A DNA stretch of 64,000 nucleotides from an uncultured delta proteobacterium. Lineage in GTDB: Bacteria; Desulfobacterota; Binatia; UBA9968. This document shows positions 22,544-32,755 of this stretch, one piece after another (the stretch's first letter is position 1; the number at the start of each line of letters is the position of its first letter). The stretch is taken from assembly GCA_963847445.1 (NCBI GenBank), contig CAWJZV010000017.1, forward strand, positions 1 through 64,000. Reading direction: 5' to 3'. Under the pieces are notes generated by a model. That model worked only from the letters and a program-made list of their open reading frames with translations. It was not told the DNA's origin and searched no databases. A program made the position numbers and the translations under genes.

Positions 22544-24256
22544 ATGGCCGAAACAGAAATCGCTCTCGCGCAGTTGCTCAATTACGCGCCGGTCCCTTTG
22601 GCGTTTGGCACCAGCGGCTTGCGCGGCTTGGTCAGAGACATCACTGACCTCGAAGCTTACATCAACGTCAAAGGCGCGCTGCGTTACTTGTTAGGCACTG
22701 GTGATATTCGCGCCAATAGCCGCGTGGTCATCGCTGGCGATCTGCGGCCAAGCACCGAGCGGATTATGCGCGCCTGTGTCCAAGCGATTTTCGACTCGGG
22801 ATGCCCGGTGGAAATCGCCGGCAAGATTCCCACGCCGGCTTTGGTCTTCCACGCGATCTCGCAGCAAAGCGCCGGCATAATGGTGACCGGCAGCCACATT
22901 CCCTTCGACCGTAACGGCATCAAGATCAATAAAAGCGTCGGCGAGGTGATGAAGTCCGACGAGGCCGGCATCATCGGCGAAGTCGAGCGGGTGCGGGCTG
23001 AAGAATACCGCAGAAGCGCGACCGTCTCGCCGTTCGATGCTTGCGGCATGCTCAAGCGCGCGCCGGAATTGCCGCCAATCGATGGCGCTGCCGAACAGTC
23101 GTATGTGCGCCGCTACATGGATTGCTTTAGGCGCGGCGGTCTGGCGGGCTTGCGGGTGCTCGTCTATCAGCATTCCGCCGTGGGGCGCGACCTCTTGCCG
23201 CAGATTCTGCGCGAGATGGGCGCCGAAGTGGTAACGGCTGGACGCAGCGAGACGTTCATTCCCATCGACACTGAGAATATTACCGACGAACAGTTGGAGC
23301 GCTTAGAAGAGTTTGCCCGTTCCGCCGAAAACGGCGGCCGGCCGATTGCAGCCATCGTTTCCACCGATGGCGACTCTGATCGGCCGTTGGTGACCGCCGT
23401 GCTGCCGGCCAATGAAGTTGTTCTCGGCGCTAGCCGCGTGCGCTTCCTGCCCGGCGATCTGCTCGGAGTGGTGGTTGGCGAATACCTGTGCGTCGATGCC
23501 GCGGCGGTGCCGATTAGCGCTAACGATGCGGTCGAACGCCGTCTGAAGGAACGCAAAATCATACTGGAGAAGACCAAGATCGGTTCTCCGTACGTCGTCG
23601 CCGCGCTCGACGACTTGCGCGCCGCTGGCAAGCAACAACGCATCGTCGGCTGGGAAGCCAACGGCGGATTTTTGACCGGCAGCGATATCGAGTTAAATGA
23701 CGGCGTATTGGCGGCGCTGCCGACGCGTGACGCGCTGCTGCCGATTCTGGCTAATCTGTTCGCCGCGGCGCAGCAGGGTTTGAGTTTGGCGGCGCTGTGG
23801 GACCGCTTGCCGGCGCGTTTTGGCCGGGCCGGCTTGCTCGATGATTTCCCGGTGGCGGCGAGCCAGGCGATTCTTGGTCAATTGTTTCCAGCCGGCGCTG
23901 CCATCGAAGTCGAGTTCGTTGGCGCCGGCGGTGTTGTCGATTGCAGTCGCGCCGATGGGAGTCGGGTGGTGCTGGCGCCATCGGCCGGCAAGAACTGGCA
24001 GCACTGTCTAGCTACATTGAGCCGTTTCTTTACGCCGGCCTCGGGTTTCGACGACATCGCCAGAATTAACGTCCTTGACGGCGTGCGCATCTATTTCCGC
24101 AACGGCGATATCGCCCATATCCGGCCGTCGGGCAACGCGCCGCAGCTGCGTATTTACGCCGTCAGCGACACGCAAGCGCGCGCCGATCAGATTGTCGACT
24201 ATGCCGTTCGCGAACCCGACGGGATTTTGCGCCAGCTGGAACGCGCTTTCACATAA
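22544..24256 (+). CDS. Phosphomannomutase/phosphoglucomutase
   Basis: FGTSGLRG, TGSHIP, DGDSDR, GWEANGG, RPSGNAPQLR. Confidence 0.9.
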   Translation: MAETEIALAQLLNYAPVPLAFGTSGLRGLVRDITDLEAYINVKGALRYLLGTGDIRANSRVVIAGDLRPSTERIMRACVQAIFDSGCPVEIAGKIPTPALVFHAISQQSAGIMVTGSHIPFDRNGIKINKSVGEVMKSDEAGIIGEVERVRAEEYRRSATVSPFDACGMLKRAPELPPIDGAAEQSYVRRYMDCFRRGGLAGLRVLVYQHSAVGRDLLPQILREMGAEVVTAGRSETFIPIDTENITDEQLERLEEFARSAENGGRPIAAIVSTDGDSDRPLVTAVLPANEVVLGASRVRFLPGDLLGVVVGEYLCVDAAAVPISANDAVERRLKERKIILEKTKIGSPYVVAALDDLRAAGKQQRIVGWEANGGFLTGSDIELNDGVLAALPTRDALLPILANLFAAAQQGLSLAALWDRLPARFGRAGLLDDFPVAASQAILGQLFPAGAAIEVEFVGAGGVVDCSRADGSRVVLAPSAGKNWQHCLATLSRFFTPASGFDDIARINVLDGVRIYFRNGDIAHIRPSGNAPQLRIYAVSDTQARADQIVDYAVREPDGILRQLERAFT

Positions 24257-24281
24257 GTTACGGTTGCGACAGCTGCATTCG

Positions 24282-26690
24282 TCAGGAAAACGAGCGAGCC
24301 GCGAGTTTTTCACCGGGAGAATAACCTCTTGGCGCGTCGGGCTCGAGGGCCAGCCGCAAGGCTTCGTCCGCGGTTTTTAAAAACTCAAAGTGGATACCCT
24401 CGCGGCCCGCGGGGGAGATCTCTTCCAAATCTCTTCGGTTTAAATCGGGCAGCAAAATACGAGTAATCCCGGCGCTTTTTGCCGCCAGCATTTTTTCTTT
24501 TATCCCTCCTACCGGCAAAACCAAGCCGCGCAGACTGATCTCGCCGGTCATCGCGACATCTTTGCTGATGCACCGTCCGGTCAGCAGTGAAACGAGCGCG
24601 ACGAATAGCGTGATCCCGGCACTGGGGCCGTCCTTGGGGACAGCGCCGGCGGGAATATGAATGTGCAGGTCATTGTTCTTGAAGATCGCGGGATCGATGC
24701 CCAGGGTCTCGGCGCGTGACTTGACCAGACTCAAAGCGGCCTGGGCGCTTTCCTTCATGACATCGCCCAACTGGCCGGTCAGAATTAACTTGCCGTCTCC
24801 CGCCATCCTGGTCGCTTCGACAAACAAAATGTCGCCGCCAAAAGGCGTCCAGGCCAGGCCGGTGGCGACTCCAGGTAAACTGGTGCGCAGCGCGATCTCG
24901 TTAAAAAATTTCTGCGGGCCCAAATAGGCATGGAGAGATTCCCGAGTGACGGTAATCGGTTCGGTAAAACCATCCGCGAAGCGCGTTGCCACACCGCGGC
25001 AGACCGCTGCTAGCGCACGCTCAAGTTGGCGCACCCCAGCTTCGCGCGTATAGGAGCGAATCACTTCGCGAATCGTCTCGTCGGGAAAATTGATCTCTCC
25101 CGGTTTGAGTCCGTTTTCGGAGATCTGCCGGGGAATCAAATATCCCTTGGCAATGGAAAGCTTTTCTTCCTCGATGTAGCCCGGCAATTCCAAGATCTCC
25201 ATTCGGTCGCGCAGCGGGCCTGGAATGGTATCGAGCACATTCGCCGTGGCGATGAACAATACCTGTGTTAGATCGAAAGGCACGCCCAGGTAATGGTCCT
25301 GAAAGGTTGAATTTTGCGAGGGATCGAGGACCTCCAGCAACGCCGCGGACGGGTTGCCATGAAAACTCGCACTGAGCTTATCGACTTCATCGAGCATGAA
25401 AACGGGATTTCGACTGCCGGCTTTTTTGATCCCTTGAATGATGTTCCCCGGTAGCGCGCCGATGTAGGTGCGCCGATGGCCGCGAATATCCGCCTCGTCA
25501 TGGACGCCGCCGAGACTCTGCCGGACAAACTTGCGATTCATCGCCCGAGCGATGCTTTGGCCCAGAGAGGTCTTTCCTACTCCCGGAGGGCCGACTAAGC
25601 ACAGGATGGGACTGTTCCCATCTGGCTTGAGTTTACGAACGGCGAGAAATTCGATAATGCGCCTTTTCACCTTTTCGAGACCGTAATGGTCGGCGTCGAG
25701 AATCTCGCGAGCTTTTGGCAGATCGATTTCTTCCTTGGTCAGAACGCTCCAAGGCAGCTCTACCAGCCAATCGAAGTAGGTTCTCAACAACGAGTGTTCA
25801 GGCGCCATCTCAGGAATCCGCTCGAAACGAGTCAGTTCTTTTAGCGCCTCCTTCTCGACCTCGGGCGGCATCTTTGCCTCGTAAAGTTTTTTTCTCAGCT
25901 CTTCGATTTCAACGCCCTTGCCATCGTCCTCGCCCAGCTCTTTTTGAATCGCCTTCAATTGTTCGCGCAGGAAATATTGGCGTTGGGACTTATCCATGGA
26001 GTCGCGAGTTTCGTCGCGCATTTTTTTGCTGAGTTCCAGCAGTTCGATCTGCCGCGCGAGCTTTTCCGAAACCTTCTGGGCACGCGTCTCCGGGTCAAGC
26101 GTCGCCAGAATTTCCTGCTTCTCGGCGACCGGCAAGTCCAGTGTGGAAGCGATCATATCGATTAGCGATAACGGATCTTCGATCCTTTCGATCATCGCTC
26201 GGAGTTCGTTCATCGGTTCCGGGAATAACGATAGGGCCCGGGCTGATTCTTGGCGCAGATGTAAGATGCGCGCCTCAAACTCCTTGGTCTGCGGTGTCTG
26301 TTCCTCAACCATGGTGACCCGCGCAATGAGCACCGGATCGGTCTCAATATATTCGGCGACTTCGAAACGGCGGCGGCCTTGGACGATGACCTGGCGCCGA
26401 CCGTCCGGCAGGGTAAACATGCGCAAGACGTCGGCCGCGGTACCGACTTCGTACAAGTCCTTGGGTTGAGGCGCCTCCATGTTCGGGTCGCGTTGCACGA
26501 CGAATCCGATGGGAATCTGTTGGCGCACGGCTTCTTCGACGGCTTGGAGCCTTGCCGGGCGGCCAACCATGAGCGGCATGACCATGGATGGATAGAGCAC
26601 CCGGTTGCGCATCGGTATGATGATCAATGCGCCGGCGGGGATATTGAGACGCGATTTTGCTTTCGGGGTTTCTGTCTCTTCAGCACTCAT
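24282..26690 (-). CDS. lon: Lon protease
   Basis: Lon N domain, GPPGVGKTS, PKDGPSAG, GGIKEK. Confidence 0.95.
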   Translation of the reverse strand: MSAEETETPKAKSRLNIPAGALIIIPMRNRVLYPSMVMPLMVGRPARLQAVEEAVRQQIPIGFVVQRDPNMEAPQPKDLYEVGTAADVLRMFTLPDGRRQVIVQGRRRFEVAEYIETDPVLIARVTMVEEQTPQTKEFEARILHLRQESARALSLFPEPMNELRAMIERIEDPLSLIDMIASTLDLPVAEKQEILATLDPETRAQKVSEKLARQIELLELSKKMRDETRDSMDKSQRQYFLREQLKAIQKELGEDDGKGVEIEELRKKLYEAKMPPEVEKEALKELTRFERIPEMAPEHSLLRTYFDWLVELPWSVLTKEEIDLPKAREILDADHYGLEKVKRRIIEFLAVRKLKPDGNSPILCLVGPPGVGKTSLGQSIARAMNRKFVRQSLGGVHDEADIRGHRRTYIGALPGNIIQGIKKAGSRNPVFMLDEVDKLSASFHGNPSAALLEVLDPSQNSTFQDHYLGVPFDLTQVLFIATANVLDTIPGPLRDRMEILELPGYIEEEKLSIAKGYLIPRQISENGLKPGEINFPDETIREVIRSYTREAGVRQLERALAAVCRGVATRFADGFTEPITVTRESLHAYLGPQKFFNEIALRTSLPGVATGLAWTPFGGDILFVEATRMAGDGKLILTGQLGDVMKESAQAALSLVKSRAETLGIDPAIFKNNDLHIHIPAGAVPKDGPSAGITLFVALVSLLTGRCISKDVAMTGEISLRGLVLPVGGIKEKMLAAKSAGITRILLPDLNRRDLEEISPAGREGIHFEFLKTADEALRLALEPDAPRGYSPGEKLAARSFS

Positions 26691-27118
26691 GATTGCTTCC
26701 TTATCTGGATGATGAGCAAGCCATCCTGGAACGATATTTCGCCGACCGATAGAGGATAGTCCCCTCCCACCAGCCTGAGTCGCCGCTCAAAACGACCGAG
26801 AGGAATTTCCCATAGCTTGAGTTCGCCGTCGTGACAGCATTGTGGCAGCGGCCGTTCGCCGGCGATGCGAAGATCGCGTCCCTCCAGCCGTACTTCGATC
26901 CGGTCAACTGCGACTCCAGCGAGGGCCGAAATCACCCACAGGTTCTCGTCGGTCTCGACGACGTTAACCGGCGGTTCCCAGCTTGGCGTTCTGCCGTGCT
27001 GTGCCCGGTACTGCGATGCGGTGTCGATTTGGAGAAAATTACGATGAATCCGCTCCGCTTGCTGAAGTAAATCATTGGCTCTCCGCCAAACGATAAAATC
27101 CCAATCTTGCGCTGACAT
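26687..27118 (-). CDS. Hsp20/alpha-crystallin small heat-shock protein
   Basis: WEPPVNVVET, EIPLGRFERRL, DGLLII; overlaps the lon start. Confidence 0.85.
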   Translation of the reverse strand: MSAQDWDFIVWRRANDLLQQAERIHRNFLQIDTASQYRAQHGRTPSWEPPVNVVETDENLWVISALAGVAVDRIEVRLEGRDLRIAGERPLPQCCHDGELKLWEIPLGRFERRLRLVGGDYPLSVGEISFQDGLLIIQIRKQS

Positions 27119-27213
27119 AGAATCTAAACCTCCGCCTGCGTATTCAGTCTTCTCCAGGGAAGCGTACCTCAGGAATTTCAAGTTCGCTAGGTTCGCGAAA
27201 ATTTTTTGCCGAA

Positions 27214-27256
27214 CGTCCAATATTAGACAGTAATCCGGCAACCGTTCAGGTATGTT
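27214..27256 (+). promoter_or_regulatory. Crp-family box with class II -10
   Basis: CGTCC-aatatt-AGACA 27214-27229; TATGTT 27251-27256. Confidence 0.65.
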
Positions 27257-27359
27257 AATCAATTAGCGCTGATCTCATCGGAGGACTTAGCTTGCCTGAA
27301 ATTCTTCAAGTAAGTCTCCTCCAGTTTCCCTTCTAACCGGTCCAACCAAGGAGGTTGCC

Positions 27360-27680
27360 ATGTTCAGTCGAAACGTCAGTTATAAACTCAAGGCCAAGAG
27401 TGCCGCGGAGTTTACCCGTATTGTCGAGGGAGAAGTCATTCCCCTGCTGAGAAGACAAAAAGGCTTCGACGATGCGATCAGTTTCATCGCGCCGGAACGC
27501 AATGAAGCGATCACGATCAGTCTGTGGGATAAAAAAGAGGACGCGGAGGCCCATATCACGAAGACCCATCCGGAGATTTTGAAGGCGCTAGCGAGCGTGA
27601 TTGAAGGTTCTCCCCGAGTGGAGTCCTTCGAGATCGGTAACTCGACCTCACATCAGATTGCCGCTAGTCCGGTCAATTAA
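27360..27680 (+). CDS. ABM-like (dimeric alpha-beta barrel) protein
   Basis: AGGAGG RBS; PLLRRQKGF, ITISLWD. Confidence 0.7.
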   Translation: MFSRNVSYKLKAKSAAEFTRIVEGEVIPLLRRQKGFDDAISFIAPERNEAITISLWDKKEDAEAHITKTHPEILKALASVIEGSPRVESFEIGNSTSHQIAASPVN

Positions 27681-27953
27681 CTGCGATGCCGGTTCGGAGA
27701 TGGCGACAACCTCCTTTCCGGACCGGCATGATTGGGCTGGGCGTTATCCTGTTCGTGGGGGCCGTCCGGCATTGAGCGCTCTGGTGATCGCGCCATTGGA
27801 AATCATCCCATCTGGACTTAACGCGAACCAGGAGGTAGGATGGCGTTCCTTAAGGGAGTTCAGTGCCTCGCACTCCCAAGCATGAATGATGGACCAAGCC
27901 GCCGGTCCAGTCGACGGTTTTTATAGGCGTCGTGGGCTTTTGAAGGAGACACG

Positions 27954-28637
27954 ATGGCGATTCAACAAACACCCCAAGCCGACCTGTTCAAGCAACAACT
28001 GCGCGATTCATTGCAGCGCGAGACGGCGAACTCTCGCGCCGTTAAGGTCGCGCGACACGCCAACGTTTACAACTGCGGCGACCAGGACGAGATGGTCTAC
28101 TTCGTCGAGAGCGGCCAGGTCAAACTTCTGATGCTCTCCACGGAAGGCAAAGAGTGTCTTTTGGCCATCCATAGCGGCGGCGATATCTTCGGCGAACTCT
28201 GTCTCTCCGGGTTAGGCGCGCGCTTGGAAACCGCGACGGCGATGAAAGCGACGACGTTAAAACAAATTCCCTGCTCGCAGTTCTTTGTCCGTCTCCGCCG
28301 CGACTCGCTGTTTGAAGGTTTCGTGCGCTATCTCGCTGTGCGGATCGCCGACCAGCAGCAAATCATCGCCAATCTCGTGACCGTGGATAGCGAACAGCGG
28401 CTCGGCCAGACCTTGTTACAATTGGCCCGCACCATGGGCAGGAAAGATCCGCGCAGCATCCGCATCGAGTTGAAAATTACCCATGAAGAGCTGTCCGAGA
28501 TGGTCGGCACGACGCGGCCGCGCATCAGTCTGTTCATGCAACGGTTTCACAATCTGGGTTTAGTCGAGACCAACAAAGATCACTTTTTCATTATCAAAGA
28601 AAATAAACTCAGCGATTACCTGGCCCAGATCGCCTAG
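27954..28637 (+). CDS. Crp/Fnr family regulator (copy 1)
   Basis: cNMP-fold GDIFGELCL; HTH ITHEELSEMVGTTRPRIS. Confidence 0.9.
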   Translation: MAIQQTPQADLFKQQLRDSLQRETANSRAVKVARHANVYNCGDQDEMVYFVESGQVKLLMLSTEGKECLLAIHSGGDIFGELCLSGLGARLETATAMKATTLKQIPCSQFFVRLRRDSLFEGFVRYLAVRIADQQQIIANLVTVDSEQRLGQTLLQLARTMGRKDPRSIRIELKITHEELSEMVGTTRPRISLFMQRFHNLGLVETNKDHFFIIKENKLSDYLAQIA

Positions 28638-28773
28638 AGCTGCTGACCATCTAAGCGAGCCTCGCATCGCGATAGTTCTTGTCTGTCGGAGCGGTGCCGG
28701 TCAAAACATCTGCAGACGGCAGGTGAAGTCGGGCGCGCTCGACCTCGCCAACCCCACTCTCTGCTAAGTCCGG

Positions 28774-28899
28774 TCGACCGTATGGTCGAGCCTATCGACT
28801 GTTTCGCCGAACCGTCCCGCCATTTCCCGCCGCCGGTATGAATAATCTCCAGCGAAATTGGCCGTCTCCCTAACCGCGAGCACTGGCACGTAAGCTGCT
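28774..28899 (+). promoter_or_regulatory. Enhancer motif 1 + sigma54 promoter
   Basis: TCGAC cgtatg GTCGA gccta TCGAC tgtttc GCCGA; TGGCACGTAAGCTGCT at 28884. Confidence 0.8.
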
Positions 28900-28943
28900 C
28901 TCATAGTCATTGTGAAAAGAAAATAGAAAGAAGGTACCTGATT

Positions 28944-29093
28944 ATGAGCCTGCTGTTGTTGATCGTTTTAGTGCTGTTGCTGGTCGGTGGTTTGCCCAAC
29001 TGGGGCTATCACAGCTATGGCTTCGCGCCGTCCGGTTTCGCCGGCATAGTGCTGCTGGTCGTGGTTGTTATGCTCCTGACCGGCCGGCTCTAA
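28944..29093 (+). CDS. DUF3309-family small membrane protein (49 aa; not in ORF track)
   Basis: MSLLLLIVLVLLLVGGLPNWGYHSYGFAPSGFAGIVLLVVVVMLLTGRL. Confidence 0.85.
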   Translation: MSLLLLIVLVLLLVGGLPNWGYHSYGFAPSGFAGIVLLVVVVMLLTGRL

Positions 29094-29221
29094 AAGGGGT
29101 CGCAAGCAAAATCACAAGGTAAGCCAATTCAGGGCGCAGGGTGTCACTCCAGAGGTTACTTGGAATTTGTCCCGGTAAGCCTGATTCGACCCTGCTAATC
29201 AATGCAACCGAGGAGGTTGAG

Positions 29222-29452
29222 ATGAAAAAGTTATTGTTGTTGTTAGGAGTGCTTTTGATCGGTGTCAGTCAAAGCGGCTGCATGTTATTGGGCGGGGCGG
29301 CGCTGGGAGCCATCGGGACAAGCGCGGGTTACGAGATCAACGCCAATAGCAAGATGGACCAGCTGGAATCTGATTACAAAGCCGAAAGAATATCACGCAG
29401 CGAATACCTGGCCCGCAAGTCGCAGCTAGAAAAAGGCTCGATCGTCTATTAG
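29222..29452 (+). CDS. Small glycine-rich lipoprotein (copy 1)
   Basis: GAGGAGG RBS; lipobox-like QSGC; paralog at 31401. Confidence 0.8.
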   Translation: MKKLLLLLGVLLIGVSQSGCMLLGGAALGAIGTSAGYEINANSKMDQLESDYKAERISRSEYLARKSQLEKGSIVY

Positions 29453-29597
29453 GAGCGATGATGATTCAAGGCTTCTATCTATGACGCCAGAATTAGACAG
29501 CAATTTACTTCAACCTAGTCGATGATTCGACAGTTATCGGCAGCAGCATTAACCGGATCCTTGCCAACGGATCCGAACACTGAAAAGGAGACGGTGT

Positions 29598-29810
29598 ATG
29601 TGGAACAAAGATGAGATCAAAGGTAAAGGCAAACAAATTTCCGGTGCGATCAAGGATAAAGCTGGGGAATTGATCAAGGACCGCAAACTCGAAGCCAAAG
29701 GCGAAGCTGAGCGGGTGGCCGGCAAGCTCCAGGAAAAGAGCGGCAAAGCACGCCGGAAAACCGGTGAGGCGGTACAAAAGGTCGGTAAGGCGATTGCCGG
29801 CAAAGTATAA
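29598..29810 (+). CDS. csbD: CsbD family stress protein
   Basis: MWNKDEIKGKGKQISGAIKDKAGELIKDRKLEAKGEAE. Confidence 0.9.
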   Translation: MWNKDEIKGKGKQISGAIKDKAGELIKDRKLEAKGEAERVAGKLQEKSGKARRKTGEAVQKVGKAIAGKV

Positions 29811-30219
29811 TCCAGTCATTCTCGGAGTAGTTAATAACGATGGCAGGCGGCAGAGAAACGTTGGTTAAATCCATTCACTCCCGCTGGGCATTGAACGGAG
29901 CTACGCGAAAGGCGTGCAATGTGATTTATGCGCGAACCACGGATCCGGCGGCATGATCGCCGCCTTGATCGGGCGCAAGGGCCGATGAAAGCCTGGCATG
30001 CACAACGCCAAGATCGTCACAGGGTAGATTATTCTGCCACGCTCATCAACTCGACGCTGTTTGGGTCGCCGGCTTCTGACGAAGGCTGGACGCGTCGCGA
30101 CAGGCACCCCGGCGAGCAGATTGAGCAAATGAACCAGCTTGCAGAACTAATGCCAACTGGTCGCCACTGACCAAGAGATCATCAGCGCACCGCGTCAAGT
30201 CTTTCTTTTCAGCGGCCAT

Positions 30220-30747
30220 ATGATCGACGCCGCCGGTCGCTCGCCAGCGCGCTTTCCGGCCGACAAGGAACCGCTTGCCGCTGCCGCCATTGAGAAACTG
30301 CTCGATGAGTTGGGCGCGGGCGCCGACGATGTGGCGATTTCCAGCGGCGCTTGCGGCGGCGATCTACTCTTTGCCGAGGCCTGTTGGCAACGCAGATTGC
30401 GCGTCGAGATCTACTTGCCATTCGTGGAAGAAGTATTCCTCAAAGAGTCCGTCAATTTTGCCGGCGAACATTGGCGGGAGAAGTTCTTTTGGGTCAAAGA
30501 GCACGTCCAGGGTTGGCATATTATGCCGCACGAGCTGGGAGCTACGCCCACCGGCGAAGATCCCTTTGCCGCGGTCAACCTGTGGATGCTCAATCAAGCG
30601 CTCGCTTACGGAACCAGGAAAGTGAGTTTTATCTGTCTATGGGATCGCCAAGCGGGTGACGGACCGGGAGGGACGAAGCATTTACACGATGCCATCGTCC
30701 AAGGCTCAGGCCAGGCTTATGTGCTCGATACGACGAAGCTGTGGTAA
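30220..30747 (+). CDS. Hypothetical protein, SLOG-like domain, probably N-truncated
   Basis: (FSGH)MID..GR..ARFP, SSGACGGDLLFAE, LWDRQAGDGPGGT. Confidence 0.55.
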   Translation: MIDAAGRSPARFPADKEPLAAAAIEKLLDELGAGADDVAISSGACGGDLLFAEACWQRRLRVEIYLPFVEEVFLKESVNFAGEHWREKFFWVKEHVQGWHIMPHELGATPTGEDPFAAVNLWMLNQALAYGTRKVSFICLWDRQAGDGPGGTKHLHDAIVQGSGQAYVLDTTKLW

Positions 30748-31011
30748 GCCGTCGCGAGCATCGACCAACACCAATGGTTGTAATTGCGGAGCTGGTCAAC
30801 GACCGAAACGATCGACAGAAATCTAACGCTTATGGGCGAGGGTTCCCAGGGACACAGCTCAAGCGAACGCTGGTATTTCATTCGCAGTATTGACCCACCA
30901 CGAAGAACGGTCCCTCGGTGTTTGACCCGATCGCTGCTGGTAGTATCTCAGTTGCCGATTAAGTCTACCGCTGCGCTAAACGAGTCGGTTTCGGTCCTGC
31001 CGAAATCTGCT

Positions 31012-31136
31012 TCGACGGTTTGGTCGAGAGTATCGACGGTTTAAACGAGCCGTTACTTGGTTTCCCTCTGACCGCCTCCAGAAGCTAGCGGAAACACAGT
31101 CTTTCCATCATCGAACGGTTCGGCACAGATAGTGCT
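31012..31136 (+). promoter_or_regulatory. Enhancer motif 2 + sigma54 promoter
   Basis: TCGAC ggtttg GTCGA gagta TCGAC ggttta AACGA; CGGCACAGATAGTGCT at 31121. Confidence 0.8.
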
Positions 31137-31179
31137 CTTACAGAGTCATGAATAGACAAAACAAATAGAGGAGAAACTT

Positions 31180-31260
31180 ATGGATACCTTATTAATCGTT
31201 CTCTTAGTGGTGTTTTTGGTCGGCGGTGGAGGCTGGGGATTTTCTCGTTGGCGCCGGTAG
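31180..31260 (+). CDS. 26-aa single-TM peptide (copy 1)
   Basis: GAGGAG RBS; MDTLLIVLLVVFLVGGGGWGFSRWRR; paralog at 61800 differs mostly at synonymous sites. Confidence 0.8.
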   Translation: MDTLLIVLLVVFLVGGGGWGFSRWRR

Positions 31261-31400
31261 CGCCCGCGGCCGTTGACCTGGCTGCGAAGTCGCCCAAGGT
31301 AAGCCAATTTAGGGCGCAGGGTTTTACTCCAGAGGTTACTTGGAATTTGTCCGGTAAGCCTGACTCGACCCTGCTAATCAATACAACCGAGGAGGTTGAG

Positions 31401-31631
31401 ATGAAAAAGTTATTGTTGTTGTTAGGAGTGCTCTTGATCGGTGTCAGTCAAAGCGGTTGCGCGTTCCTAGGCGGTGCGGCGCTGGGAGCCCTCGGCACAG
31501 GCGCGGGTTACGAGATCAACGCCAAGAGCAAGATGGACCAGCTGGAAGATGATTACAAAGCCGAGAGAATATCTCGTGCAGAATATGAGAGCCGTAAGTC
31601 ACAGCTAGAAAAAGGCTCGATCATCTATTAG
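31401..31631 (+). CDS. Small glycine-rich lipoprotein (copy 2)
   Basis: Near-identical to 29222..29452. Confidence 0.8.
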   Translation: MKKLLLLLGVLLIGVSQSGCAFLGGAALGALGTGAGYEINAKSKMDQLEDDYKAERISRAEYESRKSQLEKGSIIY

Positions 31632-31639
31632 GAGCGACT

Positions 31640-32035
31640 ATGACTCAAAGCAACCGTGCGGTACTGGCGTTCGCTCTGGGCTTGGCCCTGGTGACGAGCG
31701 TTGGTTGCAGCGACCACAATGTTTCCCTGGTGGGTAGAGATACGCTCCCCGCCAGGGCCAGTAAAACGGTCCGGAATGATATCGTGCGGACGGTGGAGCG
31801 GGTCGATACCGGCGCGAGCGTGATTCATCTTCGAGCCAGTCAGGGTCATCCCGCAATGGTTACATATAGCGCAGAGACCCGGGTGATGTATCTGGGGCGG
31901 GTCTATCCGGTCAGTCAACTGCAGTCCGGCGACGTCGTTGGCATGCAAATGCAGATGGACGCTCGTGGTAATCCCCACACGCATGCGATCGACCTGCAAA
32001 AGAGCAGCCGAGATTGGGCTCAGAGCCGAAATTAG
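31640..32035 (+). CDS. Hypothetical lipoprotein
   Basis: AGGAG RBS; signal peptide ending SVGC. Confidence 0.7.
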   Translation: MTQSNRAVLAFALGLALVTSVGCSDHNVSLVGRDTLPARASKTVRNDIVRTVERVDTGASVIHLRASQGHPAMVTYSAETRVMYLGRVYPVSQLQSGDVVGMQMQMDARGNPHTHAIDLQKSSRDWAQSRN

Positions 32036-32050
32036 TGAGCGACGCCGCCA

Positions 32051-32731
32051 ATGATTCAACAGACTCCCGAAGCGGAACGGTTCAAAGAGCAAATGCGCGA
32101 TTCGTTACGGCGCGAGACGATGAACTCTCGCGCTGTGACGATCCCGCGGCACTCGAATGTTTACACCTGCGGCGACCAGGACGAGATGGTCTATTTCATT
32201 GAGAGCGGTCAGATCAAACTGCTTATGGTCTCGCCCGAAGGCAAGGAGTGTCTCTTGGCGATCCATGGCAGCGGAGATATTTTCGGCGAGTTGTGCCTAT
32301 CCGGATTGGGCGCGCGGCACGAAACCGCGTCGGCGATGAAGGAAACCAAGTTAAAACAAATACCCTGTGCGCAGTTTTTTGCCCGTTTAAGCCGCGACGC
32401 GTTGTCGGAGGGATTCGTGCGTTATCTGGCCGTGCGCATTGCCGACCAACAACAAGTCATCGCCAATCTGGTGACGGTGGATAGCGAGCAGCGGCTCGGT
32501 AAGACACTGTTACAGTTGGCCCGCACCATGGGCAAGAAGGATCCGCACAGCATTCGCATCGAGTTGAAGATCACCCATGAGGAACTCTCCGAGATGGTCG
32601 GCACAACCCGGCCGAGGGTCAGCTTGTTCATGCAGCGGTTTCATAATCTCGGACTGATCGAGACCAACAAAGACCGTTTTTTCATCATCAAAGAAAAGCG
32701 ACTCACCGATTACTTGGCGCAGATTGCTTAG
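32051..32731 (+). CDS. Crp/Fnr family regulator (copy 2)
   Basis: Close paralog of 27954..28637; HTH GTTRPRVS. Confidence 0.9.
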   Translation: MIQQTPEAERFKEQMRDSLRRETMNSRAVTIPRHSNVYTCGDQDEMVYFIESGQIKLLMVSPEGKECLLAIHGSGDIFGELCLSGLGARHETASAMKETKLKQIPCAQFFARLSRDALSEGFVRYLAVRIADQQQVIANLVTVDSEQRLGKTLLQLARTMGKKDPHSIRIELKITHEELSEMVGTTRPRVSLFMQRFHNLGLIETNKDRFFIIKEKRLTDYLAQIA

Positions 32732-32755
32732 CCGGTTGTTCCCGCTAAGTTCCGT

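Noticed and set aside
29510-29545. Enhancer-like GTCGA-N4-TCGAC upstream of csbD
   Set aside because: Wrong spacer length, and no -24/-12 element before the ATG.
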